A model generated the notes under the pieces. It was not told the origin of the DNA and did no database searches. It saw only the letters and a list, made by a program, of their open reading frames with translations. A stretch of DNA of 64,000 nt from a virus (Duplodnaviria > Caudoviricetes): the IMG/VR virus record IMGVR_UViG_3300028887_000100, positions 17,872 to 81,871 of that record. The stretch is one strand, 5' to 3'. Within the stretch, counting starts at the first letter, position 1; each line of letters begins with the position of its first letter. Both the position numbers and the translations under genes were made by a program. Positions 27,526 to 38,236 of this stretch are shown here, piece after piece.

Positions 27526-28070
27526 TTTCTGTCCTCAAGATTCTTCTCATGAATCTTGATAAATGCTTCACGAACATATCCATCTTTACCCTGTACCCAA
27601 TGTACTTCTCTATCTAACACTTTAGAGCCGTTTGTTATCTTAGCGAATCCAGCACAATGTTGCCAATCTTCGGGATTTTTACCGCTCTCTGGATATCTCT
27701 TTGCGTACTTCTCTGCATCTCTGAATACTTTGGAACAACCTTTACCCGCAAATACATAAGCACCTGTAATACTTGTGCCTTCTTTAAATCTAAACCGCTC
27801 TTTTGTCTTGAGATGCAAGACGTCAGAAAACTTGTTAGCATCTTTGGCAGGTATATCGCTGAGACGTAAACGCTTAGGCGGTTCTTGTTTATTTCTCTTA
27901 TCTGCTTCAGCTTTACTCTTTGACATCTGACTGTTTTTTCTTCTGTCATCTTCCATCATCTTGGTAAATCTGCCAACAGCGTCATCTTTTGACTCGCCCT
28001 CATATATTGGTACATGATGTCCGTTGACTGTTATCCACTCTGTTATGTTTTTCATGTCATCGTTCCTCAA
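27522..28070 (-). CDS. Leader-bearing effector with a MuF-type toxin tip domain
   Basis: WITVNGHHVPI leader; FKEGT.I...VFAGKG...W...G...REVHW pattern. Confidence 0.55.
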   Translation of the reverse strand: MRNDDMKNITEWITVNGHHVPIYEGESKDDAVGRFTKMMEDDRRKNSQMSKSKAEADKRNKQEPPKRLRLSDIPAKDANKFSDVLHLKTKERFRFKEGTSITGAYVFAGKGCSKVFRDAEKYAKRYPESGKNPEDWQHCAGFAKITNGSKVLDREVHWVQGKDGYVREAFIKIHEKNLEDRK

Positions 28071-28389
28071 TCTTAACTAAGCTATAATCAATGTTTTTCC
28101 TCTTCTTGATTATTTCCCATTCTGCATTATCTGTTGGTATTTCCTGACCTTGAATGTAACACCAGATATCACGTAAAAAGAATACTATCTGAATCATTGA
28201 TGTGGACTCAAAAAGCTTCTCTTTCTTGTGCTTAGTCTCAGTATCTAACGATTGACAGATTTTGTATATAGTGATTGGTCGATTTTGGTCTTTACTGAAA
28301 AACTGCGATTTCTCATAGAGGATTCTTCCTCCACTTTGATTTATCGCGTTTTGTAGCTTGTGTATCATCACACGATTAGAAGCAGGCAT
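28057..28389 (-). CDS. Hypothetical protein, first gene of the late block
   Basis: GGAGGTGA RBS; promoter-like sequence at about 28429-28457. Confidence 0.6.
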   Translation of the reverse strand: MPASNRVMIHKLQNAINQSGGRILYEKSQFFSKDQNRPITIYKICQSLDTETKHKKEKLFESTSMIQIVFFLRDIWCYIQGQEIPTDNAEWEIIKKRKNIDYSLVKIEER

Positions 28390-28442
28390 ATCTCACCTCC
28401 TGCAAAAACCTATACTCATCTACAATTCATTATATAACAAAA

Positions 28443-28598
28443 TCAAGAAAAAGTAAACAACTTTTTTTGTCGCTTACTCTTTTTTATTTTCTCCCAACAT
28501 ATCTTGCCATATCCTCGCTGTCTATATTCAAGCTTTTTCAACTTTTTACCACATCGCTTACAGACTTTATACAGCTCCACTCTTGATATCTCTATCAT
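28443..28598 (-). CDS. Small zinc-finger protein (DUF6011-like)
   Basis: Translated by hand: CKRCGKKL...RGYGKIC. Confidence 0.6.
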   Translation of the reverse strand: MIEISRVELYKVCKRCGKKLKKLEYRQRGYGKICWEKIKKSKRQKKLFTFS

Positions 28599-28607
28599 GA
28601 TATCACC

Positions 28608-29090
28608 TCACTCATAACAGAATAATTCTGGTTTATCTCCTTTTACTTTGATGGTCAAATATACACTTGAACCGTTTTTACCTTGTCCTTGATATACTAC
28701 ATTTTTTGGACATACCCATTTAGTTCCATATATCAGTAGGTATTTTGCTAATAACACTGTTCGTTCTTTTGCTTGCCGTGTTTTAAATCCTTTACGTGTT
28801 ACACTTGCATACTGACCTTTTGCAAGTATGACTTTCTCTATTGTATCACCACTCCATCTTGGTGAATTTACTCGGTTTATTACAACTGCACCTGTCAATA
28901 GTAATCGTATCATATCTTGCAACTCACTATAACCACCAGGATTTTCATTCTCTATCGCCATAGTTCCTGATAAGTGTTGAAGTGCTGTAGCATTTACATC
29001 TCCTAATTGTGATGGTGAAGTTATCACGCCTTTAAGTATCAGCACTAAGACTATAGGTGCTATACACTGCATCCGTATATAGTTTATCAT
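28608..29090 (-). CDS. SleB-like cell wall hydrolase (Hydrolase_2)
   Basis: AIE...GAVVINRVNSPRW...IEKVILAKGQY motif; N-terminal hydrophobic segment. Confidence 0.75.
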   Translation of the reverse strand: MINYIRMQCIAPIVLVLILKGVITSPSQLGDVNATALQHLSGTMAIENENPGGYSELQDMIRLLLTGAVVINRVNSPRWSGDTIEKVILAKGQYASVTRKGFKTRQAKERTVLLAKYLLIYGTKWVCPKNVVYQGQGKNGSSVYLTIKVKGDKPELFCYE

Positions 29091-29099
29091 GTATTCTCC

Positions 29100-29342
29100 T
29101 CATGCTGTTATTGTTTGCTTTGTGCTTATGCCTAACAAATAGTCTGTGCTGATATTCAGCACCACTGCTAATCTTGCTAATACTAAAGCACTTGGTGTTA
29201 TCATATCGTAACGATACTGCCAAAGCATGTGTCTTGATATTTTAGCTCGGTTACATATTTCTGTTAATGTTAAAGGACATTCATTTATTGCCCGTTCAAG
29301 TTTCTCATGTAGTCCCTGCACTATTGTTATACTTTTAGCCAT
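29100..29342 (-). CDS. XRE-family HTH regulator
   Basis: LTEICNRAKISRHMLWQY...PSA.VLARLAVVLNISTDYLLG. Confidence 0.85.
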   Translation of the reverse strand: MAKSITIVQGLHEKLERAINECPLTLTEICNRAKISRHMLWQYRYDMITPSALVLARLAVVLNISTDYLLGISTKQTITA

Positions 29343-32329
29343 TCTTAATCTCCTTATCTTTCGCCCAATGCCGACACCAACCTGTCATAACCTCGGTGTA
29401 GCCTAAATATCTATCATTATCAATATCGCAAAGGCAAATAGTACCACCGTTATGTATATCCTTTTTTCTTACGTTATGCCGACAATTACAACAAACCTTT
29501 CCGTTTTCCACGCTCATTCCTGTACCTCCATCTTGCTACCGCAGTTAGGGCAATATTTGCTTTTAATTGCGTGTTTTGGTGAATTACCACATTCAGAACA
29601 TCTTAAAACAATACAAACACTTCTCTTATTCAGTATCTTTATCCATTTTCCTGTCTTTTCCTTTGGTGTGACGGAGGGTAAATGAAGAATGTCTCGCATT
29701 ATAGTTGCGGTACTTCTTCCTCTTGACATACACAATCTTTCATCACTTATTGCCCTTGCCAATTCATCAACTAAATCATTAACCGCCTGTCTGCTTATGG
29801 CATCCTCACAAGACTGTTGCTCTAATATTTCAGATATTGCTTCAAGATTTTCTATAATCTCTCCTAAGTTTCCGGCTTCGTATTGAGTAGGGCAATTTTC
29901 ATCACATACTTTGCCACTTACTTCACATTTCATACAAGTGATTAAATGCTTTAGTTTTTTGTTTCTTTCTTCATTCGTCATTCACTCACCTCCTTGTCTG
30001 CCTCGACTACGCAAGGGAATCTTGCTATTACATTACAATCAACATATTTATGTCCCTCTATCTGATTTTGGCAGTAATCCATAAGTTGACCTGCATCTAA
30101 CAAAGCGTCATGCCCTTTAGGAAGTACAGTGCCATTTGCGATACTGCGATAAATATAATCTTCTAAAGAACTTATTTTAATTTCTGTACGTTTACAGTAT
30201 CTCTTAATTCCTTCTATTTCTCGTTTCGGAATCCTAATCACAACCTCAACTGTTTCCATCTGTATCACCTGCCTCAAAATATTCTTTTACTATCTCTATT
30301 GCTTTACCGAAACCGATTGCTTCAAGCCAATGCAGTTTTTTAACATTTCTTTCATATTCAGCATTAAGCCTTTGGATTAATTCATCCGTAGATTTAAGTG
30401 GACAATGTTCGGATTTAAAATTAGGTTCACTCTCTAATTTTTTTGTATTGAACCATGATTCCGTTAAATATCCATCCTCGTTCATAGGGCATAATTGATA
30501 GTGGTCTTTATAATAGCCTGTATCGTCAGAAGGGAAATATATAACTTTTCGTTTCGGACAATGTATGCAATTTTCCGGCATTTCCATACCTGTTAATATC
30601 ACACTCATTCTGTATCACCTGCCTCTGTATAACTGTATATGCTCTCAATTTCGTAGCTGTTGGAACAACAATCTGGATATAACCCTGTACACAATTCTGT
30701 TAAATACTCATTAGCCATTTTCTCCGCTTCTTCCTTTGTGTCGCATAAAAATGATGTTTTAATCTCTATAGTTGCTTCAACTTTCCATTCTTTATCAAAG
30801 CTCATTCCTTACCTCACGTTCTGTCTTGTACTTGTCAATTACGTCAAGACACCAACATAATGCTTTTGCTCTATCTATATTTGAATTTTGATTGATTTTT
30901 GTGTGCTCCTCAATCTCTGCCCTTATCTTATCCAATGTTTCTTTCAACCTTTTAATCTCTTTTAATGCATCAAGATAACTCATGGATTCGTCTGTCATTC
31001 TGTATCACCTGCTTCGTCGGTTTTCAACATCATTGCTTGACATATACAGCATTTTTCCTTTGGTTTATCCTCGATATTACCACATTCAGAACATTTATAT
31101 ACTATTTTATCTTTTATAACTAATTTATCCCAGCGTCCTAAACGTGTTCTCATTTTATCTCTCTCCATAGTTTTAAACAATCAGGATTCACATAGTTACC
31201 TCTAACTGGAATTCCCATAAATCCTAATTCTAACAACTCACTTAAAATATTATGATTCTCGGGCAGTAGTGCTCCAACAACGCTTCTGCCCATTTCCCAT
31301 TCGTAGTTACCTTCCTGATGTACCAGCTCATCATACAATTTTGAATCTGCTACAAGTGCTTTGCACTTAGTTATAATATCTTCAGCCTTCATCATTGTCC
31401 TCCTTCATACCCATAAGCTTCTGCATGAACTCTGAAAAACTCATAGGTTCATCCTTTGTGAAATCTGCCGACTTGATATCCTCTTTATCATGCTCCTCAT
31501 TAAGTTCTCTGTCAGCATCAGCAAGCGCAAAACTCAACAGCTTAATAAGTCTGCTCTGTATAGCCTCCTGTAATACAGGTAAAGATACAAATGGTATTGA
31601 TGCTTTAGCATTCTTAATTGACTGCTTATAAACACCACCAACTGCTGTTGCTACTGCTTCAAACATCTCTTTGGTTGTTCCTTCTGCTTCAATCATTACT
31701 CCATCTTTGTCTGCTTTAATATTCAACATGTTAAATTAACCTCCTCTTGTGTAAGCGCGTATTTTGCGTTTTAAGCGTCTTTTGTGTCTCAGTAGTATAT
31801 TTTATCGTCTGAGATATGAAATCGTCATTTCCAAGCGTTCTGATGCGTTCTATGATATCTTCATCAAGATTTATCCCGCTGTTTTCAAAATCATAAATGA
31901 TTGGTATCTTATTCTGCATCAAGAAGTTGTACAGTCTGGTAGGTATCACCAGACTGCTACCTCTCTTTTCAAGTTTATATATCATGACTTCTCCCAAAGC
32001 TGAAATACTGTAAATCCATCGTATTCAAACGACATACGTCCCATATCGTCATAAACGTTAGGCTCATATGTTATGGTCTTGCCAAGATAAAAAGCTAAAG
32101 TCTCAAGATTGTTATTTCCGTTGTTGTAAATGTGTATTGACTTTTCTAATCCAGCAATCGTTATTCCAAACTCGTTGTAATTCTTGTTTCCGTAATGTAG
32201 TAAAGCTTTCTGGTGCTTTACTACATTATCAAGCCAATTTTTTGCACCAACTCTCTTACTCTCAAACTCTGCACTAATCATACCTCTTCCTCCTTTGTAA
32301 TCGCTGACTTTATTATCCAACCTTCCCAC
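29335..32329 (-). other. Cluster of about 11 small coupled hypothetical genes, several Cys-rich zinc-ribbon proteins
   Basis: ORF-track minus-strand ORFs 29335, 29514, 29978, 30246, 30605, 30795, 30995, 31150, 31382, 31731 and 31982 overlap stop-to-start. Confidence 0.6.
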
Positions 32330-32844
32330 TTTACATCAACAAGCTTTTCGCTGATGCCATCAACATCATTTATATCAAGATTGATTCCTATCTTGCTAAG
32401 ACAGATAGGACCGATTCCGTACTTTCTTGATATTGGGTTAGTAAGCTCTTTGCCACAACAGCAACAAGTAATTGTAGGCTTAGCTAATCCATGAAGCTTC
32501 ATGTAAACCATACCTCGCGTCTCTTTCTCTTTTGTACCTGTCATTATTCGCATGGGCATGGGATTATTATTGTTCCACTTAGCCATGAAGTCAAAAAGCG
32601 GGGTTGCTGTCTCTGTCATGTACTTCTTAACAGTTATCTGAATCTCTCCAAGCTTTGGACTAATGCTCTGTATGCTCTGTGATGCATCAGAATCGATTTT
32701 AAGCACTGTTTCCTTCTTCGGTGATAACTTTATATGTATCGGGCCCTTAGACGTCTTAAAAGCTGAAATTGCGCTTTCTATGCTGTCATAGTTTTCTCCG
32801 TTGACTACTACCGAACCTTTCCAATTCTTTAATGCTGTAATCAT
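32278..32844 (-). CDS. Protein with a DUF6011-like zinc finger
   Basis: CCCCGKELTNPISRKYGIGPIC. Confidence 0.65.
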   Translation of the reverse strand: MITALKNWKGSVVVNGENYDSIESAISAFKTSKGPIHIKLSPKKETVLKIDSDASQSIQSISPKLGEIQITVKKYMTETATPLFDFMAKWNNNNPMPMRIMTGTKEKETRGMVYMKLHGLAKPTITCCCCGKELTNPISRKYGIGPICLSKIGINLDINDVDGISEKLVDVKWEGWIIKSAITKEEEV

Positions 32845-32859
32845 GCAATCACCTCCGCA

Positions 32860-33974
32860 TCAAACAAGCTCTGTCATCTTTGTATCGCTCTTTGTATCGT
32901 ACACGATGTAGGTCTTTCCATCTATCGTGTAGCTGTACATCGTGCTGAATAAGTACCCGTTCCTGCTGACAACTCGTAAGTCATCATTGTAGCCAGCTGT
33001 CTCTTTTGCTCTTTTCTCAATCGCTTTCCAGATGCTGACTTTCTTTGCTGAAGGCTTACCGTATGCATCGTAAATACTGCCTTTGTTGCTCCACTTCTTA
33101 TCGTTGAAAATCGCATTGATGCTCTCAGCTTCTTTTGTCCATTTTTTAATCTCTCTCATAGTGTTTTCTCCTTTCGATGTCTTAGAATCTCGATGCTATG
33201 TAGTATCCAACAATCTTTACTGCGTTTTCCCACGGATAATCAATCTTGCTTTCACACATCTCAATATATTCCTCGGTAAACTCATCACGAATGAAAAGCA
33301 CATATCCGAAATACTCATCTCTGTCCTGCTTGATTGATATCGGCGTTGTTTCGTAATCGCGCATCTTTATCCAAATCTCATTGTTATTGACCTTCTCGAT
33401 AATGATGTCTTTCTTGGTAAAACCGCTTTGCTCGTCTTTAAACTTCTTAGCTAATGCGCTCTTGATTTTTTCGATGTTCATAGGCTCGCTCCTTTCAAGC
33501 TATTGCTGACTTAGGAATCCATACTTTGTAACCAGTGTACTCAGTAAAATTGACTCTCTGACTGTATGTTCCGTGATACCAATAACAGCAATCATAACAA
33601 ATTGCCTTTTCTGTCTCTTTCACAACACTATTAACCTTAATGCTGAAAAGCTCGATTTCCTCACCTTTATCATCGTAATCAAGAAGCTTTTCCCAAATAA
33701 TTGTCTTACCTTTTGTAAATGCATCGCTCTGAATCTTCTTGTATATCCAATCTTTAATCTTAATTGTCATATCTCATCCCTCCTGCATCTCATTAAGCTT
33801 TTTATCTGCATTCTCAAGAACCATCTTTACAAACTCAACCATCTTCCAAGCTTCCTGCTCTGTCAAATCTTTACCAGTATTTTCTTTCCAAATCTTGTTT
33901 AATTCATTCATCATATCTCGTACCTCGTTCTTTCTTGTGTCGTATCTCTCAATCACAATAACATTATATAACAC
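32860..33974 (-). other. Four small early hypothetical genes (32860-33159, 33182-33481, 33495-33770, and 33774-33914 from the internal start)
   Basis: Each has an RBS; they lie downstream of the promoter at 33963-33991. Confidence 0.6.
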
Positions 33975-33991
33975 GTTTAATCATTTGTCAA
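33963..33991 (-). promoter_or_regulatory. Consensus sigma-A promoter
   Basis: TTGACA-17-TATAAT with AAACGTGT in the spacer. Confidence 0.85.
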
Positions 33992-34042
33992 CACTTTTTT
34001 GAAAAATTTTTGGTTAATTTTAAATTTCTTACAAAAAAGAAA

Positions 34043-34068
34043 GGAAGTCGTTGTTTCTAACGACTTCC
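34043..34068 (-). terminator. Intrinsic terminator after recA
   Basis: 10-bp stem ggaagtcgtt/aacgacttcc followed by a U tract on the minus strand. Confidence 0.8.
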
Positions 34069-34144
34069 TCTCCCGGGTAAAGATAAAAATGTGTATGGGG
34101 TTACACTATGAAGTAAAAATGTCTGTTGACGTATTAACAGTATA

Positions 34145-35254
34145 TCAATTTATACTTGCGTTGTCAAGCGCAATATTCATAGCATGGTCTACCAGCTCTT
34201 CTACGTACTTTAAAAGATTATCATCACAGCTCAAAGCGTCTTTAACCTTACTCATTCCCTGCAATTTATCGTTAATGACTTCTCCGCTCTCGATATCAAC
34301 AATCTTATACCACGCTCCAGACTTCTCGACAATATTGTATTTTATAGCCACATCAATAAGGTCGTGTATATAATCAATTCCGTCTGAATATGTCAGCGTA
34401 TAAAATCCTGTTCTACGCGATGGCGGACATGATTTCGTCTTTGTAATACTCATCAGCACGATATTTCCATACGGGTTCTCTGCACCTCGTGTAAGTTCAT
34501 TTCCTTTATCATCAATGTATTTACCTTTGCTGAAGTGTAAGCGCATAGTACACATGAACTTCCAGCACTTACCGCCGGGTGTTTTCATACCACCCCACTG
34601 ACTCTTTAAGTCCTCGCGCTCTTGATTGATGCCTATCAATGTGCAATGATATTTATGGCAAGCTGTCTCAGCTTTCTTGCTAAACTTTGTCAGTGGTCCT
34701 GCAATACCTGCATATGTAGCATCTCCAATCTCTTTTTCAATCTCTTGTGCTGACATCAAAGCGGCCAAACTGTCAATTATGACTAATCCTACTTCCTCAC
34801 TCTCTATCATCACAAGAATCATCTGGAAAAGCTCTTCAGCTGATTGGGATTTTGGCTGTATGATATACAGTCTGTCTACATCAACACCAAGCTTTCTTGC
34901 CCACTCTACATCAAATGTGTTCTCAGAATCTACCCACAGCACATCTTTGTCAGGATACATGTTCTGAAAGTTTGCTACAATGTCCAAAGCTGATGTAGTC
35001 TTGCCTCCGCTTTCTTCGCCGTAAAACTCAATCAGTCTGCCTTCAGGTATACCACCATATGTGCAATAATTCATTCTTGGACTCGTAAACGGAATGCGCT
35101 TAAACTGCTCATAATTAGTGAGTCCCCTGGTCATGATTTCTTCTTTTTGCTCTTTGTTAATACTCTTTATAAGCTCATCAAGCTTTTTTCCCATAGATTT
35201 CCTCCCGTGATTTTTCTGTAACCCAGCCATTTTTAATCCATGCTGTAGGAACAC
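34145..35254 (-). CDS. recA: RecA-family recombinase (likely start MGKKLDELI)
   Basis: GRLIEFYGEESGGKTT, LVIIDSLAAL and TPGGKCWKF motifs. Confidence 0.92.
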   Translation of the reverse strand: MFLQHGLKMAGLQKNHGRKSMGKKLDELIKSINKEQKEEIMTRGLTNYEQFKRIPFTSPRMNYCTYGGIPEGRLIEFYGEESGGKTTSALDIVANFQNMYPDKDVLWVDSENTFDVEWARKLGVDVDRLYIIQPKSQSAEELFQMILVMIESEEVGLVIIDSLAALMSAQEIEKEIGDATYAGIAGPLTKFSKKAETACHKYHCTLIGINQEREDLKSQWGGMKTPGGKCWKFMCTMRLHFSKGKYIDDKGNELTRGAENPYGNIVLMSITKTKSCPPSRRTGFYTLTYSDGIDYIHDLIDVAIKYNIVEKSGAWYKIVDIESGEVINDKLQGMSKVKDALSCDDNLLKYVEELVDHAMNIALDNASIN

Positions 35255-35911
35255 AGAATTGATAATTTTCTTTGTACATCGGATGATTAGGTAAGTATTT
35301 TGACCTTATTCTACCTATCTTATTTCCAGCATCTGTAGGAACAAAACTATATCCGCCCTTTGCGTGTGTATAACTTACCATCAGTTTCCTCCCATTCTCG
35401 TAAGTTCCATCTCTGTCATACGTCTTGTAAGAACCTTTTTACAGCTCTGTAAAAGCTCTTGCGCGTTCTCCACTTTTGCCTTCATTGTTTTCCACGCTCT
35501 TGTATAGCATATGCTCGTTAATAGCTCTTGCTGACTGTTAAGCTCGGCAATGCTGTCTTTATCAGCTACAGTGCCTTTGTCTTGCGATGCTCTTGTGGCA
35601 TGATACATCTCCTTATATACAGCTCTTGCGATATCATCTCTGATTCCAAGCTGTTCTACCATACCTCCTGCAAAGTAGATGTATGTTGAAAGATTCATGC
35701 AAAAATCATCCAGCTCCGCATCTGTAGGTGGATTTTGTCCATCTGCAAGACAATCCTTGATAAAAAGCACATAATCATCTAAATCCTTACAATAGGGTTG
35801 AATTATACTGTTTACAATGTCATTAAGTTGCTTAGAACTGTTTTCAACATGAAGTTGTATATCCTTCACCTTGTCCAATTTAATCTCATCATAGAGATTT
35901 ATTTTTGACAT
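35178..35911 (-). other. Two hypothetical genes (35178-35381 and 35381-35911); the latter is helical and possibly a recombination mediator
   Basis: Coupled between RecU and RecA. Confidence 0.45.
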
Positions 35912-36471
35912 GTAGTAGTCACCTCCTTTAAAAATTGTTCCACATCATACTCAAAAAATACACGTTTCTTTTTCCCAGATATCTCAATGGCACTTCGATT
36001 CAAGTATAGGTCAATCGTTGGTGCCTGTTCAATGAGATTGTATGGAATACTCTTAAATCCAGAATCATACAGATACTTTAACAAGTGAATGCTCAAAAAC
36101 ATTGTAACATCTTTGTCAACCCACCAACATATAACTCCTGCTGTAACTCCCACTATCTTTGACTTCTCAAGCAACCCTTCCCACTGTGTATCTGTGATAT
36201 TTCCATAAAAGCCATGCAACACACCATGTTTATCTGCTTTCGGAATACTGTGAATGCTCAAAGTGTTTCCATGTACACTCTTACACTCAAAGTAATACTC
36301 GAACGGCTTTCGGTACACGATAAAATCACAGATATTTGAACTTCCCAGGTAACCATTTGTCTGGTCATGTAGTCTATCAATGCTGACTCCGTCAACTTTC
36401 TCAAATGCTTCTCTGATTTTGCTTTCAAACTGCTTGCCCCTGTTTACTGCCATTATCCGTCCTTTCTGCAC
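35899..36471 (-). CDS. recU: RecU-like Holliday junction resolvase
   Basis: NRGKQFE, ICDFI, FECKS and TDTQW motifs. Confidence 0.8.
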   Translation of the reverse strand: MQKGRIMAVNRGKQFESKIREAFEKVDGVSIDRLHDQTNGYLGSSNICDFIVYRKPFEYYFECKSVHGNTLSIHSIPKADKHGVLHGFYGNITDTQWEGLLEKSKIVGVTAGVICWWVDKDVTMFLSIHLLKYLYDSGFKSIPYNLIEQAPTIDLYLNRSAIEISGKKKRVFFEYDVEQFLKEVTTTCQK

Positions 36472-37256
36472 TGTGTTTTAAATCCACAATACTCACAAGC
36501 TTTCTTGCTGATATTCAAAGGCTTAGGCGGTATTTTAAGCTTCTTGATATAGCTGTCACAGTTTGAAATCAAGCCAACAAGGTCCTGCTTCATATCATCA
36601 GTTGGCGTAAACATAAACGACTTCATATCCGATGTATCTCTGTTGATATAAACAAAGACAACATCATCGATTCCCAACGCGATTGAATAAGCTATTCCTT
36701 GATTGAAGTGGTCAGGATTCACACTCTCGCGGTTATAGAACTTGTTCGCGTTCTCTGTTTTCAGCTCAAGTATATAATACTTACCCATATACTTGATTAT
36801 ACCATCACATAAAAAGCTCATGTTAAGCTCTTTGTGATAAAGCTTTGTCTCGTATGAACCATGCTCAAAATCCGGCTCCTGTTTAATTTCCAAATAATCA
36901 AGATTTCTGCTTTTCACAAAGTCGGCAACATTGATATACTCACAGTCCATGCCATTACTTTTCATATCAAGCACTGCCTGCTGTATTCTTTGATGTGTAT
37001 CTGTTCCAGAATTGCATATTCCTATACTCATATAAGATTCAGGCGTTTCATCTACAGGCTTTCCATAAATGATATAAGCCATCTGTCGTATGCAATGCAT
37101 CGCGCTCGGCTTATATGTTCTACTGCCCGAACCTCTGTTTTTACTTGCTGTAAGCTCTATGCTACGCTTTAAGTCCTGCAAGAATGCTTTTTCTATTGGC
37201 ATCTGCTCCGTAGCTTTGTTTACAAGCTTTACAAGATTTTTTAAATTTCTTGCCAT
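36453..37256 (-). CDS. Cas4-like PD-(D/E)xK exonuclease
   Basis: PSAMHC, CDGI, ELKT, QGIAY and CEYCGFKTQC motifs. Confidence 0.8.
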   Translation of the reverse strand: MARNLKNLVKLVNKATEQMPIEKAFLQDLKRSIELTASKNRGSGSRTYKPSAMHCIRQMAYIIYGKPVDETPESYMSIGICNSGTDTHQRIQQAVLDMKSNGMDCEYINVADFVKSRNLDYLEIKQEPDFEHGSYETKLYHKELNMSFLCDGIIKYMGKYYILELKTENANKFYNRESVNPDHFNQGIAYSIALGIDDVVFVYINRDTSDMKSFMFTPTDDMKQDLVGLISNCDSYIKKLKIPPKPLNISKKACEYCGFKTQCRKDG

Positions 37257-37264
37257 ATATCACC

Positions 37265-38236
37265 TCATAAAATATTTACTAAAATCTGTGGTACTGCTAC
37301 CTCTTCATCAATCAATCCTGACTTTATACCAACCTCTGCATTGCGTATAATCTGCATTGCATTGATTAGCTCTTTGACAGAATAATTGCCTATGTGTTTT
37401 TTAGCGTTGTTTATCTGCCAAGTGTTTAATCCTGTACTCTTTGCGATGTCTCGACTTTTGCACGATTTTACCTGCAATGTCGCTTTAAAGTTGCTGTATA
37501 GATTCGATATCATCACCAACGTAGCTTCACCGCTGTCATAGCTTTCCTGCATCAGCTTAAATGCCGTATAGGCATCTCTCTGCATTACAGCATCTACAAA
37601 ATCAAAGATAACATCTTTGGCGGGCTGATATATCGTTCCATCTTGAAGTAATGATATAAAAGACTGGTCGTATAATCGCTCTGTGACTATATGAAATCTC
37701 TTTATCTTATCAATCTCCAAAAGACATCTACCATAATCGTTTTCACATATCTCCATCAATCTCGTACAGTTTTTATCTGACAGACCGATTTCCTTTTGTA
37801 TGTACTTCTTCAGGATTTCGCTTTTAAGCGTCTCAAATTCTACGATGATATCTTTATACTGCTTGTACAGTTTAACGCGCTTATCAAGCGTTGTAAACAT
37901 GCACACAAGCATATTTTTTCCTATGCATCTCTGCACTGCTTCAAGTGCTTTATCATTTTTCAAAATCTCTGATGATTCAGACAGAACATATAATGATTTT
38001 GAAGCTATCATGGATTTCTTTCTGCTTGACTGTATTATGTCTGAAACTTCATCAATCCATTTGATTTCAAACTTGCCAAGCTTTGCTATCTGCTTTAGAT
38101 AAATTCCTCTAACTTCAATCTCGGTGCCTGTAAAAATGTATATCTGACGCATTCTACCTGACATCATTTCAGCTTTCAGCTCTGCAAGTGTCATATACAT
38201 CACCTCGTCCAATATCTTCGCATTTCGATTATCCAA
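37265..38236 (-). CDS. holA: Clamp loader delta subunit (HolA-like)
   Basis: IYIFTG.E...; CENDYGR..LEIDK; VIFDFVDAV. Confidence 0.75.
   Translation of the reverse strand: MDNRNAKILDEVMYMTLAELKAEMMSGRMRQIYIFTGTEIEVRGIYLKQIAKLGKFEIKWIDEVSDIIQSSRKKSMIASKSLYVLSESSEILKNDKALEAVQRCIGKNMLVCMFTTLDKRVKLYKQYKDIIVEFETLKSEILKKYIQKEIGLSDKNCTRLMEICENDYGRCLLEIDKIKRFHIVTERLYDQSFISLLQDGTIYQPAKDVIFDFVDAVMQRDAYTAFKLMQESYDSGEATLVMISNLYSNFKATLQVKSCKSRDIAKSTGLNTWQINNAKKHIGNYSVKELINAMQIIRNAEVGIKSGLIDEEVAVPQILVNIL

Noticed and set aside
36453-37256. Cas4-like gene as part of a CRISPR-Cas locus
   Set aside because: No cas1, cas2 or array is present; it lies in a recombination operon, as solo phage Cas4-like exonucleases commonly do.
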